A stretch of DNA of 64,000 bases. It comes from Zancudomyces culisetae HAW-14-8. Its lineage: Eukaryota; Fungi; Kickxellomycota. The notes under the pieces were generated by a model. That model was not told where the DNA came from and made no database searches. It was given only the letters and a program-made list of their open reading frames with translations. The stretch covers positions 1,798,001 through 1,862,000 of the forward strand of contig JBNJNM010000012.1 in the NCBI GenBank assembly GCA_052426225.1, written 5' to 3'. The position numbers and the translations under genes were made by a program. Shown piece after piece: positions 36,358 to 48,000 of the stretch (positions within the stretch are counted from its first letter, which is position 1; every line of letters starts with the position of its first letter).

Positions 36358-36641
36358 AGTTGCTGGTTTGTTGGTTTGTTGGTTTGTTTACTTTTTATTT
36401 TTCTTTTTTTTTATAGCTCTATTTATGAACCTTTCAAATCGCAAACATTTTCCTATAATTTCAATTTCTCGTGGATTTTATAGTATATCAACCAAAATTT
36501 GTAATTTTATTAACCCAGTTTCCAATTTTTCAGTATCCCAATTTGTAATATTGTTTTATTTAGTTTTATATTATTCACATTTTATAAACACCAAAATTAA
36601 AATTAAAAAAAAGAAAGAATCCTTTCCAAACATAAAACTAA

Positions 36642-37716
36642 ATGAGTAAAATATCAGGTCCTGTGAACACAGTGATGTCTGGAACGACTTTGACAACTGT
36701 TGCAGCTACCCCAAGTGGGAGTGGTGCGGGTACACAGCCTCTGGCTACCTACGAATGCAGTATACACGGGATTATCCACTCGGATCAGGTAAATATAATC
36801 CGGAGGCGGATTGAAAGTATCTGCTACAGCAGTACTATGGTTGGCACTCAAAAACGGGAGGAGCCGAGAGAACAATGTCAGAAATTCAAAATCTACGAAC
36901 CTAAAGTTCAGACACCAATTGGGCCGAAAAGAAAGAACGATATTTTATTGTTCACCAAAAAAGAGTACGACGAAAACAATAAAGTAAAAATGTAAGTGGA
37001 GTAAATCTTGTGTGATTCTTTATCTGTGCCGTCTCTCACAACTATTTATTAAACATTGGATTTTTTTTCTCCATTTCATTTTGTGAATAGGACGATCTTT
37101 GAATATGGACAACCAGATACTAAAGCTAGCAGAAGCGCAACGATTAGACCCATAACAAGCAGCGGGATTTACAACTGTGAACCCGAAAAGCTGTTGGAAA
37201 ATCTGGGATATAGGTAATTCTGGCATTTCAGTACATACTATGTCTTTTATCGATGTAATTCTGTAATTGTATTGCCAGTTGTTATGAAATTATTTCTCGA
37301 TTACTATTGAATCAACCAAGTATAATACCATCATTCATTCATCCAAAATAAATCAAAAACCAACTAGGGAATATGCAAGCTTTACAAGAAAAGGGTACTG
37401 GTATGACTATTACGGAAGACAAAAAGGAAAAATAGGATTATACAAAGTTGAAAGGGGGACTCAAGGTAAACAAAAAGAACAAGGACAAGAACAGGCGGGA
37501 AACAACGATGTTAAGGAATCTGAACAGAGTCAAGAATGGATTGTTGAAGTCACAAGCTTTGCCAAAGGAATCGACAATGTACAATATAGCGTCGAAGTAT
37601 TAGAACAGATTAAAAAAGAATTGAACATGCTACTGTTAATACACAGAGACAAGATCAAGCTTGATTTGGTTGTGGTTGATCATATTTACACTCAAAGCAA
37701 AATTAGCTATCGATAA
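36642..37716 (+). CDS. MED18: Mediator subunit 18 (Srb5), 3 exons
   Basis: YECSIHGII...RRIESIC, WTIFEYGQPD...ATIRPI, LLENLGYR, EY..FYKKGYWY, WIVEV, DLVVVDH. Introns ~36992-37090 and ~37214-37367. Confidence 0.85.
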
Positions 37717-37725
37717 ATACTAGTA

Positions 37726-40700
37726 TCAAGCAACCATCATTTCTATCTGTGCGAGTCTTTTTTTATTGCTGCTATTTTTGCTGTTTGCATCAATGACATG
37801 ACACAGGTCAACTCTTACTCCTGCAGATAATAGTAGGTCTATCCATCCCTAACAGCAAATGTTGTTATTTATAAAATCCGTTACTTTGTTACTTGTAAAT
37901 AAATATATATTTATACATTTATGCATTAAATCATTAATAAGTGTTAGCTTATCCAGTATATTTACAGAAATAATATACAAACTTCTCAATTTATTACCTT
38001 TTGTGTTTCAGATAAAGTATCACCAGGTCCTTTGACTATAGATTAATAATATGCTCAGTTAGCTAAATAACGTTCCATTTTATCAACCCAACCATGCTTA
38101 CAATTCATATTAGTGAAAAAGTAAATGTGAAATACAAATGATTAATTTTAATCTTATTTTAATAAACTCGAACCTTCCGAAAAGACCAATACGTTAGAAT
38201 CAATATTCCAGGCGCAAATGTCGGGCATCCCACTTGAATGGCGTTTGTAGTCTGATGCTAAATAAATACACACTTCGGCCAATGCACTAGGTCCTAGCAG
38301 CGTGACTAGTTCACAAAGGACATCGGCAGAATAATAATTCCAGTTTGAAACCCCAATACATATCGTATTCCTTCTCGATTCTCGCAGATACACCGCTCTT
38401 ATAGCACTATGCACCCGCGAGCTGTTTCCATCTGATGACATAATATCTTTGATTCGCCTGTCAATCAAATCCTTTCTTAATGCGTAGAACGAATCGCAAT
38501 GATACATATCCAGCGGGTGTGTCTGGAACTCTGAATCAAACATTCCCTCAACAGGTGAAAAAATGATATCCCAAAATAATATTACAAAAAGTGTATTCAG
38601 TATCGAGTTCTCCGAATGAAATCCGGATATATTTTCTGCCTCGTGGTAATAGTCCAGTGCTATCTCCTCAACAGTCTTTAAGGTGCTGTCATCGGCCAGG
38701 TTTTTCCATACAGCCCTTTTGCTATAAGGATTTCCGACTTTGTATGCGCATACGCTGACTTCATTGGGTGTCTTTTGAGCGGGAAAGTTAATAATGAGCT
38801 GAAGTTCTTCGGGGGTATTTAGCTTTTTATCGATATTTGCTAGTCGTTTCCCAAGCTCTTTCAAGTCAAATACACTTGTGTTGCTGTTTAAAATCGCCCT
38901 GATACATGTGTCTCTACACTCCAGCAATACCTCTATACTATTTGCTTCGCTATCAAACAGGTAGTTGTACTGTATCAATGCGAGTCGTTTATACCATTTA
39001 CCTTCCTTCACCCTCCTATACCACTTTTGTTCGAGCAGTTTTTTGAGTATTTCGCTTTCGCCTTTAAAGTCCTTTAGTGCTGCCATTGACTTCATGATAT
39101 AATTCTCAACAATTCGGGTCAACACCCACCCAGCTGTCAATCTTCTTTTCCAGTTTCCCACCTTTGTTTTTTTATCATCGTTTCCTTTCTCTTTCTTCTC
39201 CATATTTTTCCATTTCTCCATTTTTTCAGTTACCATCAAATCCCACACCTTCATAAGTGGCTTTGTAATTTCATATATATACCTCCATCTACTAGTTGGA
39301 TCTTCATCTTTGATAAGAACTTTACTACCACCATCACTGATGTTTGACAATTCTCCATTATTTGCTACGTTTTCCAAGTATGCTTCCACATCCATCATGT
39401 ATTTAAAGTCTAGTACTGCCTGTCTACTTTTAAACATGGTTGAACTCCTTGTAACTTTGTAATTAGGGTAATTCATTTTCCCCATTTTCTTAAGAACCAT
39501 GGCTGTAACAATCTCAATGCTACTTCCATAACCCACCGTGTTGTTTTCGCCTTTGTTGACACTACCCAGTGAGCTATCATTTGAGAATCCTTGTCGAGGG
39601 CTGTATATCCGCCCAAATATCAAATTCACTCGCTCCATCAATGCCCGGCTATTCGGATTTACCTTTATCGCTTTTCCTACCATCGATTGCATCCTATTCC
39701 TAATCTTCACTTCAACCGACTCTCTCCTAGAACTACTACTTGTATTCCTAAAAAATCCACTAATATTTTGCTGTTTTTTCGCAACTTTTTTCATCTCCTC
39801 CATTATTTCCTGTCGCTTCATTTTTCTTTCCCCAGAAACGCCAACTTCCTTGCAAATATCCTTTAGCTTTTCCACACTAATTAGCTCGCTCAACTCATCA
39901 ATATCATCTCCGCCACAGGAAATAAGGGGTAATACATTTCTGCAGTCAAAAAGCTGCTTTCTTCCCCGCACCTCTTCTCCACTGCAATATCCGCAACTAT
40001 CACTTGCACCATCACATGTATCTCCGCACTCGTCAAGCTCATCATAATATACATCTCTTAACTCATCAACCGCTCTCTCGACATCTCTAACTTCTCTATA
40101 GTTTATACTTTTTACGCTGATCCACTTGTTTCTCCGCGTATTTAGCCTTACAAACAAACATCGGGCCTCCATGCTTAAAGTAAAATATTTCTTAAACATT
40201 TTGATCTCGTTTTTACAAAACAGATAACTTTCCTCTTTCAACACCGTTCGTAATATGGTCTCAAACACATCGACCATATACCCTCCCCCATCACCTTTTT
40301 TGCCATCACTCCATTGGCTCGCTTCTGTAGTATTTAAATCTGGTTGACTAAAGTCTATCGTATTCGCGGTGGCCCATTTCTCAAAATCAAAACATCGATC
40401 TTTTACGATCGTGGGACTGTTCTCGCGTTCTAGTTCTCTATCCTTTATTTGCTCTAGAATCTCCTCGGAGATATCATGTGTATTTGAATCTAGTGTGTTT
40501 TGCTCGGTCTTATCCTCGAGTTTAAGTTCGAGAATGCTTTTTTGTGCTATTATTCCTACTTTGGTTTCGGAACTTTCCTCTTGTATAATTACGCTTTTAA
40601 TATCTTCTTTTTCGGTAAAGCTGGTTGATTTTTTTATACTTAAGCTTAGCACATGGCTCTGTTGGGTTTTTTTTATAATTCTATATACAATTGTAAGTAC

Positions 40701-40995
40701 CATAATTTTAGGATCCAATTCTTAAATTTTTGTAAAAGTTGGTACATTTCGGTACTTACAGGCTATCTAAGGACTTTCCTCTGTGTACTTTATTTGAAAA
40801 TTGCTTTTCTTCTTTACCTTGCGCATGTGAAACGGTAAAATAATTCAACAATGTGACTTTGCTTCCCCCTTCACTTTGATTTCTACGTCTACCATTGTTT
40901 TTAGGTTGTTTGTCGATGCTCTTTCTCAACGGTTCTCTCTGCTTAATTCTAGCTTTTGTGTCTCGGTTTTCAATAGGATCTTTTTTCGAATCCAT
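37726..40995 (-). CDS. FAN1: Fanconi-associated nuclease 1 (VRR-NUC), 4 exons
   Basis: Exons 40995-40760, 40680-38174, 38035-37998, 37848-37726. ARCLFVRLNTRRNKW, TVEEIALDYY, GFHSENSILNTLF, EFQTHPLD, and PD-(D/E)xK site SGMPDI...FSEVKGPGDTLSETQKGWID. Confidence 0.95.
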
Positions 40996-41811
40996 TTTTT
41001 GCGCCCCTATATTACGGATATGGTGCTATAGATACGTGAAGATAGGTCTAATGAAATACAATATATCGCGCTAGAGAACCTCTTAAACATAAGCTACAAA
41101 CACATAGTTTTCCAAATAGATGCTGAGATACGTGTTTTCGTGTGTAAGTTTGTTTATTTTACTAAAGAAAACACCACTTTCTCAGCCTACGGGATTAGGC
41201 TAAACAAACGGCATTAAATCAATCGAAAAAAATTGAGTAGTGCTTTCTGGGAGGGCATTCAAAAAAAAATTTTGAAGTAGAAATAATCATTTCTGATTTG
41301 ATCAAACCCATTCTTTGTCTCCAATGAATGGACCTGGTTAGTGAAACTTACCATTGGTGAGTTTTTTACTTTTTTTACGTTATTTACGTTTTTTCTTTTC
41401 CATTCATTTTATCTCGGTGTATTTATCTGTGATTCAAAATAAGGCAAGCAGTGCAGAAAAAAATCGCAAATACGCAGCAAAAATGGTTTGATTTTAATTT
41501 TCAATAAAAGGAGGGAAAGACTCTTGTTGGTTTGAGATATATAAAAAGATCAAGCAGGTCAATAACACTTTTCTAATTTTGCAGATATTTGTTTCTTTTT
41601 GCTTTAAATATACAACTAGTAGGTGATAAGTTTTAAAACCAGGAAAAACCCCAAATTGAGCTTATTAACCATACAAATCTAAAAGAATACAACTACTTTT
41701 CTGAAGGAACAGTAAAGTTTGTAACCAATATATACATTGAAATACTCATTTGTGGTTTACATCACAAGGGTATTTATAACCAAAAGATATAAAATACACG
41801 CAAAATAATTA

Positions 41812-43378
41812 ATGCAGCAACACACTGCGGCTAGCAGTAAAAAACTGAAAAAGAAATACGAAACAGATATGCCGATAATCAGGGACGAACTTCCTGAAGA
41901 TTTCAGTGTGAGTCAATACGCAACTAAATACCAGGGGAAATATCTGATAAGTCGCCTGACGCTACTGGCTGAATTGTGTCCAGGATTTGCGTTGGATTGC
42001 TACAGAGCGGCTCTTGAAGAACTTGTTAAAACGACATATGATGTTAATGCGTATAAAAAGATATACACAAAATATAAAAATGAGGTCGAGAAGAGACATA
42101 TGTTGACAGATTATTTGTTGTATGATGAAGAGTGGGTAGAAAAGGTCACTCAGCAAGTTCGAGTAGAGTTTAACCAGTTGGAGCACGAGTTGATTGACTC
42201 TAAGGCGAGTCTGATGAAAAATAGTATTAGGGTAAATATTTACGTTTATGTTATATTTTAACAGTATAATCTATTTTCTCAGTCGTATATATGTGTGTGT
42301 ATTGTGGAATATACAGACTGGATGAAATTCTATAGTTGACACAAATCCGGATCGGAGAACTGAGATTCAAGTACGGAGATTTGACAGGAGCAAAAACATG
42401 TTTTGGTAGATTGAAAGAGGTTAGCACCAGTAGTGAACAGTTGCTAGAAATGTATGTTCTGATGATAAAGGTACGTTGACTTTTCTTGATTATGTGCTCA
42501 AATATATACTTAGCAGAAAAATGAACAAAAAATCAACACCTTTTGCCAAAGCGCTCAACGAGCTGTTTATGAAAAATTAGACATGCATTGGAATGCAGGA
42601 CTATTCGATGCTGGGAGCCTATCTTGAAAAAGTAAAAGCGTTACGAGTGGTCAAAGATGAGTATTGGAACATAATATGTTTTGCCACTGCGATAATGCAT
42701 CTCGAAAACAGAGAATTTCGCGCGGCTTGCGATGCATTTCTTAATATGAAATATAATGACGAAGATGACTTTGAAGGAATTACAAACAATGTGGACATAG
42801 GAATTTATGGTGGATTGTGTGGGTTGGCGACATTGAGTCGGGAGGAGATCAAAGAAATGCTTATAGACAGTAAAAACTATTGTAGTTACAGAGAATTGGA
42901 TTCAGAAATAAACTCGTGTATATTGGATTTCTACGACGGAAAGTATAAAACAATGAGTGAAAAACTAAGTAAAATTATCAGCAAACAGAGAGTAGATATG
43001 ATTACACATAATGCATTGGAAGAGTTGTATAGGAATATAAGGTATAAGATTATAAGAAGCTATATAGCACCAAAGTCAAAGGTTGATTTGAATAAGATGG
43101 TAAATGCACTAGTATATTACAAAGAGGGTGTGGAGGGATTAATACAAGAGCTGGTAGCATTTAAGCTGCAGTATGATCAAGTCGATGAACTACTGGAGAA
43201 GTATAGGATTAATGAGTATGATGGGTATTTGGAACAAGATTTGGAGGTGAATTATGCGCTGGAAAAGGCCAGAGCTTCTGTAATTAGCGCTGAAATGGAG
43301 GTGAATGTCAGAAGTGAGATTGAAATGTTTAAGATAAATTTATTAAACAATGGTATGCTAGCTGGCAATCTGAAATGA
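41812..43378 (+). CDS. CSN1: COP9 signalosome subunit 1 (PCI domain), at least 3 exons; 5' end may extend with small exons in 41325-41711
   Basis: YATKYQG...ISRL, DEEWVE, LEHEL..SKASLMKNSIR / L..IRIGE...KYGDLTGA..CF.R, DIGIYGGLCGLATLSREEIK, LYRNIRYKII.SYI.P. Exons 41812-42231, ~42336-42470, 42581-43378. Confidence 0.85.
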
Positions 43379-43421
43379 ACATACGACAAAAAAACAGGTG
43401 CTCTATATATAATTACAAGGT

Positions 43422-45068
43422 TTATTTGTTTGATTGGTAAAAACCAAGTCTTTTTGTTAGCACTGTATTCACATTTTCCAACCGTTTGATTTTCTGTCGT
43501 AAATAAACAACATCTTGGTCAACGAAAACGTCTGGCTGCCGGTTGAGCGAAAAGTTTTCTTCGGAAACGGCCCTTAGGCCCAATAGGGACTCTTTATTGT
43601 TGATGGTAGTAAGATTGGCTGAAGAAGACAAAAACTCGGAAAATGAAGGGGAGATTGAGTTAGAAAAGCTATCTGGTCCGTTGTTTCTTGCTGTAAGCTT
43701 GGCGCTTGTGTGTCCATAAGATTTATAAACACCAGCAATGTCACCCCTATCGTTCCTCCTGATATCGTCTGTTGTGATGCTGCGAGGACTAAAATCGCCA
43801 GGGCTATGCTGGGTACTGTATTGAGAATTGTATTGAGCGCCTAGCCGATGGGGACGGAAGGATATATTGTCAGTATCATAGCTGTATCGTTGGCTGAACT
43901 CGGCTGAGTCATGAGGATTGCTGGGTTTCGGAAAGTTATCCATAGAATACTTGTGAAGTGTGGTAAATGGAAACTCGTTTTGTTTTCCTAGTTCAAGTCT
44001 GTTAGTGCTTTTCATGTATTTAGATTCGTTCAATTTTGAATCTTCATTCACGTTGTTGTGCGTATATTTTACTGAAGAATGATCTTTTGAATATCTCGGG
44101 CTTGAATTTCCAAGAGCCGCAATAGATGGCCTCCTTTCTACGTCCATATAGCTTTGATACCCGCGACTATTGAAGCCAGTAGAATCAATGGCAAGATTTT
44201 TCTCGGTCCCGAAGCTACGGTTGATATCTTTGTTATCCCCTTCAAAACTTCCTTCAACTCTGAACATGCTGTTGCCGAATAATAGAGATTTGTTTTCGGC
44301 ATTGATACTGTTTTTTTTTATGCTGTTGAGCTCGGCTTTGATGTGTCTATTCAGTGCATCTAATCTGGCAAATCCTCTTCCACAATAGTTGCAAATATGG
44401 GGCTTTTCTCCTGTATGTAATTTTACATGTCTCTTTAAATCGTGGTGCCTCCTAAATGTCATTTTACATACTTCGCATTTAAATGGCCGTTTGTTTGAAT
44501 GCGTTAACAGATGAGACTTTAAATTATGCAATCTCGAGAAGCTTATTTTGCAATGCTCACACTTGTATGTTTTTTTATTTAGCAAAATACCTTGTTGGTG
44601 AATTTTCTCAAGTTGGTGTTCTGATGACTGATTACTAGTTAACAGCAGTTCTCCGAAAGAACTGTTCGATGCATTGTACGATGTTGTATCTTCTTCTTCA
44701 TTACTACTATTACTACCTACGCTGCTATTTCTTCTAACGTTTATATCTATCCTGTCGCTAATCACACTGTACATAGGTAGCCTTTCCTTTATTGTAAAAT
44801 CTCTTTGGGTGTTGGCTGGCACCATGGTTTTTCTATACTCACTCTCACTTTCCTTTGTTGTACTCATCATATGTGTGTTCATATCAATTGCATGAGTACC
44901 ACCGATCCTTTCTCTACCATAGCCTTCAACTATATATGCATTACCAGAGATAATATCTTTTGGTGTCTTTGTTACCCCATCGCTATAACATGTATCGCTC
45001 CTCTCTGCTACACATGCTTGTATGAATTCTGATATTGGGGGAAGTTTGAGTTGACCGACTTCTTTCAT
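43422..45068 (-). CDS. Three-finger C2H2 zinc-finger transcription factor (Crz1/Crz2-like fingers)
   Basis: CEHC..FSRLHNLKSHLLTH, CEVC..FRRHHDLKRHVKLH-TGEKP, CNYC..FARLDALNRH; N-terminal LKLPPISEF motif; C-terminal coiled coil. Confidence 0.9.
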   Translation of the reverse strand: MKEVGQLKLPPISEFIQACVAERSDTCYSDGVTKTPKDIISGNAYIVEGYGRERIGGTHAIDMNTHMMSTTKESESEYRKTMVPANTQRDFTIKERLPMYSVISDRIDINVRRNSSVGSNSSNEEEDTTSYNASNSSFGELLLTSNQSSEHQLEKIHQQGILLNKKTYKCEHCKISFSRLHNLKSHLLTHSNKRPFKCEVCKMTFRRHHDLKRHVKLHTGEKPHICNYCGRGFARLDALNRHIKAELNSIKKNSINAENKSLLFGNSMFRVEGSFEGDNKDINRSFGTEKNLAIDSTGFNSRGYQSYMDVERRPSIAALGNSSPRYSKDHSSVKYTHNNVNEDSKLNESKYMKSTNRLELGKQNEFPFTTLHKYSMDNFPKPSNPHDSAEFSQRYSYDTDNISFRPHRLGAQYNSQYSTQHSPGDFSPRSITTDDIRRNDRGDIAGVYKSYGHTSAKLTARNNGPDSFSNSISPSFSEFLSSSANLTTINNKESLLGLRAVSEENFSLNRQPDVFVDQDVVYLRQKIKRLENVNTVLTKRLGFYQSNK

Positions 45069-48000
45069 TTTATATTGGACTAGGGTTATATGTATTTATG
45101 TGATGATCACAAATATGTGTATATTAATCGAATTTGTTGTATACTTGTCTAAGTTTGGTATCAATGCAAATAATGTTCAGGATTTTATATCGTACTTCCA
45201 CTCTGTATATATTTTTTTCGCTTTGGTTTTTTAATATTATTTTATTGATATATTAATATGCTAGTAAGAATACTGGGTATTTTTTACTCGCTCCTCCTAA
45301 ATAAAACAACAGAGTATATAATTTAATATTGGTTTAAAAGTTTGGAAAACACAGTCCTTGCTTTGTTCAAGTGTTGGGTATTGAACAACTATGCTCCAAA
45401 ACCTTTTTTGGTTCAGTCAGCTATCCTTGTATTTATAGTGCTGATGGATTAGTAAAAAACTAAAATCAATGTAAAGTCAGAATATAAAACGTGTTTCGCT
45501 TTTTGGTTCAGGAATTCATCGTATTCGACGTTTCTTTATAAAGTGAAAAAATATTATTTTAAATGCTAGTGTCTAAGCCATTAAATATTTTTATACTGCT
45601 CCTTTAATTTTTTTTTCCTTTAGTCTGGATTACGTAAATCGTCCAATTATAGGTGGGTTGTGAAGTGAAATTAATCGCCATCGTCGCCATTCCCAAAAAA
45701 CAGCGGCCTTGACTAACACATAAAAAAATGGATAGCGATGTTATCATATATTTTGTAATACCTGCATGTATATGCTAACACATTATTAATTTATTATGAT
45801 TTAATTTTTTCGCCGAATTTGGAATTTTTACATGAGCCGAGCCATTCAGCCATAAATCGCCCCGTTTCACCAGAACTATCTATCTATTTCGTCCGCCTAT
45901 TTGTTTAGTTTACGTTTCAGAAATCCACACTTGAATATAAATACCAAATTTATGCAGATATAGTGTGTTATCAATGGCTTTGTCAGTTTATTGGTTGGTG
46001 CAGATTGCTCTAAAAATAAAAAAAACCGGCGTTAAAAATAAAAGATCTCAGTTTTTTTATTATCAACTTTTGTTGCAAATTTGGGATGTTCAGGTAGTTT
46101 TATGCTGATAAATAACACCTATGCTTGTTTTTCATTAGTGTATTCATTTCCTCAAAACAAGATTGTCATGAGTGAATAAGGGTAATGAGCACTTAATTAC
46201 ACAAATCTTTTTTTTTATGGCGTTTCCCAATAGGCAGGAAAGGAGCACTTAATCCTCTACCTAAAAACTTTTCACTGATCACAAAAGACCTTCAAAGCTC
46301 GTCCCCCATTTTACTCCTACTTTTCCTTCTCTCATTTCATCCAGCTCTCTGGGCCATACTACAGGTTTTTTATTGAACAGTTTTTTTTTGCCCAGCTTAA
46401 TAACTTGACTTAGTTTAGCTTGCTTGGGCCTATCTACCTCATTCTCAATTCACTGCGAAATAGATTAAAACCCTCTTTGTTTCAAACTGGACTTGAGAAT
46501 AAATTAAAAAGTTGCCTACTGATTACTAATCCTTCAACCACAAAAAATTTCGTTGTGGTTAATCTGCCTTCATTTATCCCGACTTGTATCGCATCATGTT
46601 ATCATGGGGTTCTAACTAGTTGCCAAAATAGATGCTAAATCTCAAAATCGACATTTTTGGATCTGTATACTAAATTACGTAATACGATACTAAAGCAAGG
46701 TTATTTTACCATAGCAAATTAATGACAAAGCTGGAACATTGCTTTATTTCCGCATTTACGTATTTACACATAAATACCAAAGTATAAAAACGGATATAAT
46801 CAAAAATCATCGAGAAAAATAAAAAAATACTTTTTAACCACATTTCTAAATTACGTCGATTTATTCGATGATCATTAATATGGAAAAAATTTTCTTGCTA
46901 AAACCAAATTGCAACAATCTCACTGAAATTTTGAATGCTCGCCTCCCCATCCCAGTCGAACTTTGCTCTCCCCCTCACGCTAGATTGGTTTATATTTTCA
47001 ATATAACATTTAAAGGTTTTTTTTTTCTTTTTTTTGGATTTTTTTTTTACTTTAACCTTTATTAGACTACTAATATTTCTTTTTCTGCGCAGCAACAACA
47101 ATTAAATTAAATTAAATAATCAAAGACGTATTTTTCTACACATGCTGTCCAGTTCTAAAAATACCATATGGTGTTGCAAGTTTAAATCAAAACTATATCC
47201 TCGCGAGTAAACGCATGCGCCATACCCCACACCTGCAGTTTATCCTAGTAGAATCTATAAGCTGTTAATATTTTTGTTACTTTTATATAGCTGTCATGTG
47301 TATCTTCGTTTATTGCTTACATAATTCTTTATTGGTCATTTCCCCTCCCAAAGTGTTATATTTTACATATTACCTAATATATATTGAAACTAGCAACAAA
47401 TAAAAAGTAATAATTATACCAATAACAACAATATAATAACTATGCATTTTTGCTTCCAACCTCCTATACTAGATTTTGGGCATTGAAACCCAGAAAGACG
47501 CTAAAACATATGGTTTCTACAGACCCAGGCATTTCATTTTGCCTACCCCTACCCCTTTCTTTTGGGTCTAAAATAGATCTTTAAAATTACCGAATAGCAT
47601 AAATACATCTATATTTGTAAACAAATATCCACGTGTAAAAAAAAAGAGTTTGCTTTATGTTACCACAAATAAGTACCAGCGGATATTATTTAGCATACTT
47701 TTTTGTAATCATCTGTTCTCCTCTAAAATATTTGTTGGAAATTTTTCGTATTTTCACCAACAAGCCCCCCGTCCTATCTATTCATCCACAAACAGCACAA
47801 TTGTTTAAATAAGTTAATACTGGCTACCACAAATCCATAAGTTTCAACTTTTGTACAATTACTATTTGTGGTTTTAGTTCCACAATTTACATAATTATAC
47901 CTGTAAATTCACATTTACCAACTGAAACATGGGTACGATAAGTACTCAAAAATGCGTAATGACACATCTTTCCATTACTTTGTCATCTTCGCTAAAAGTG

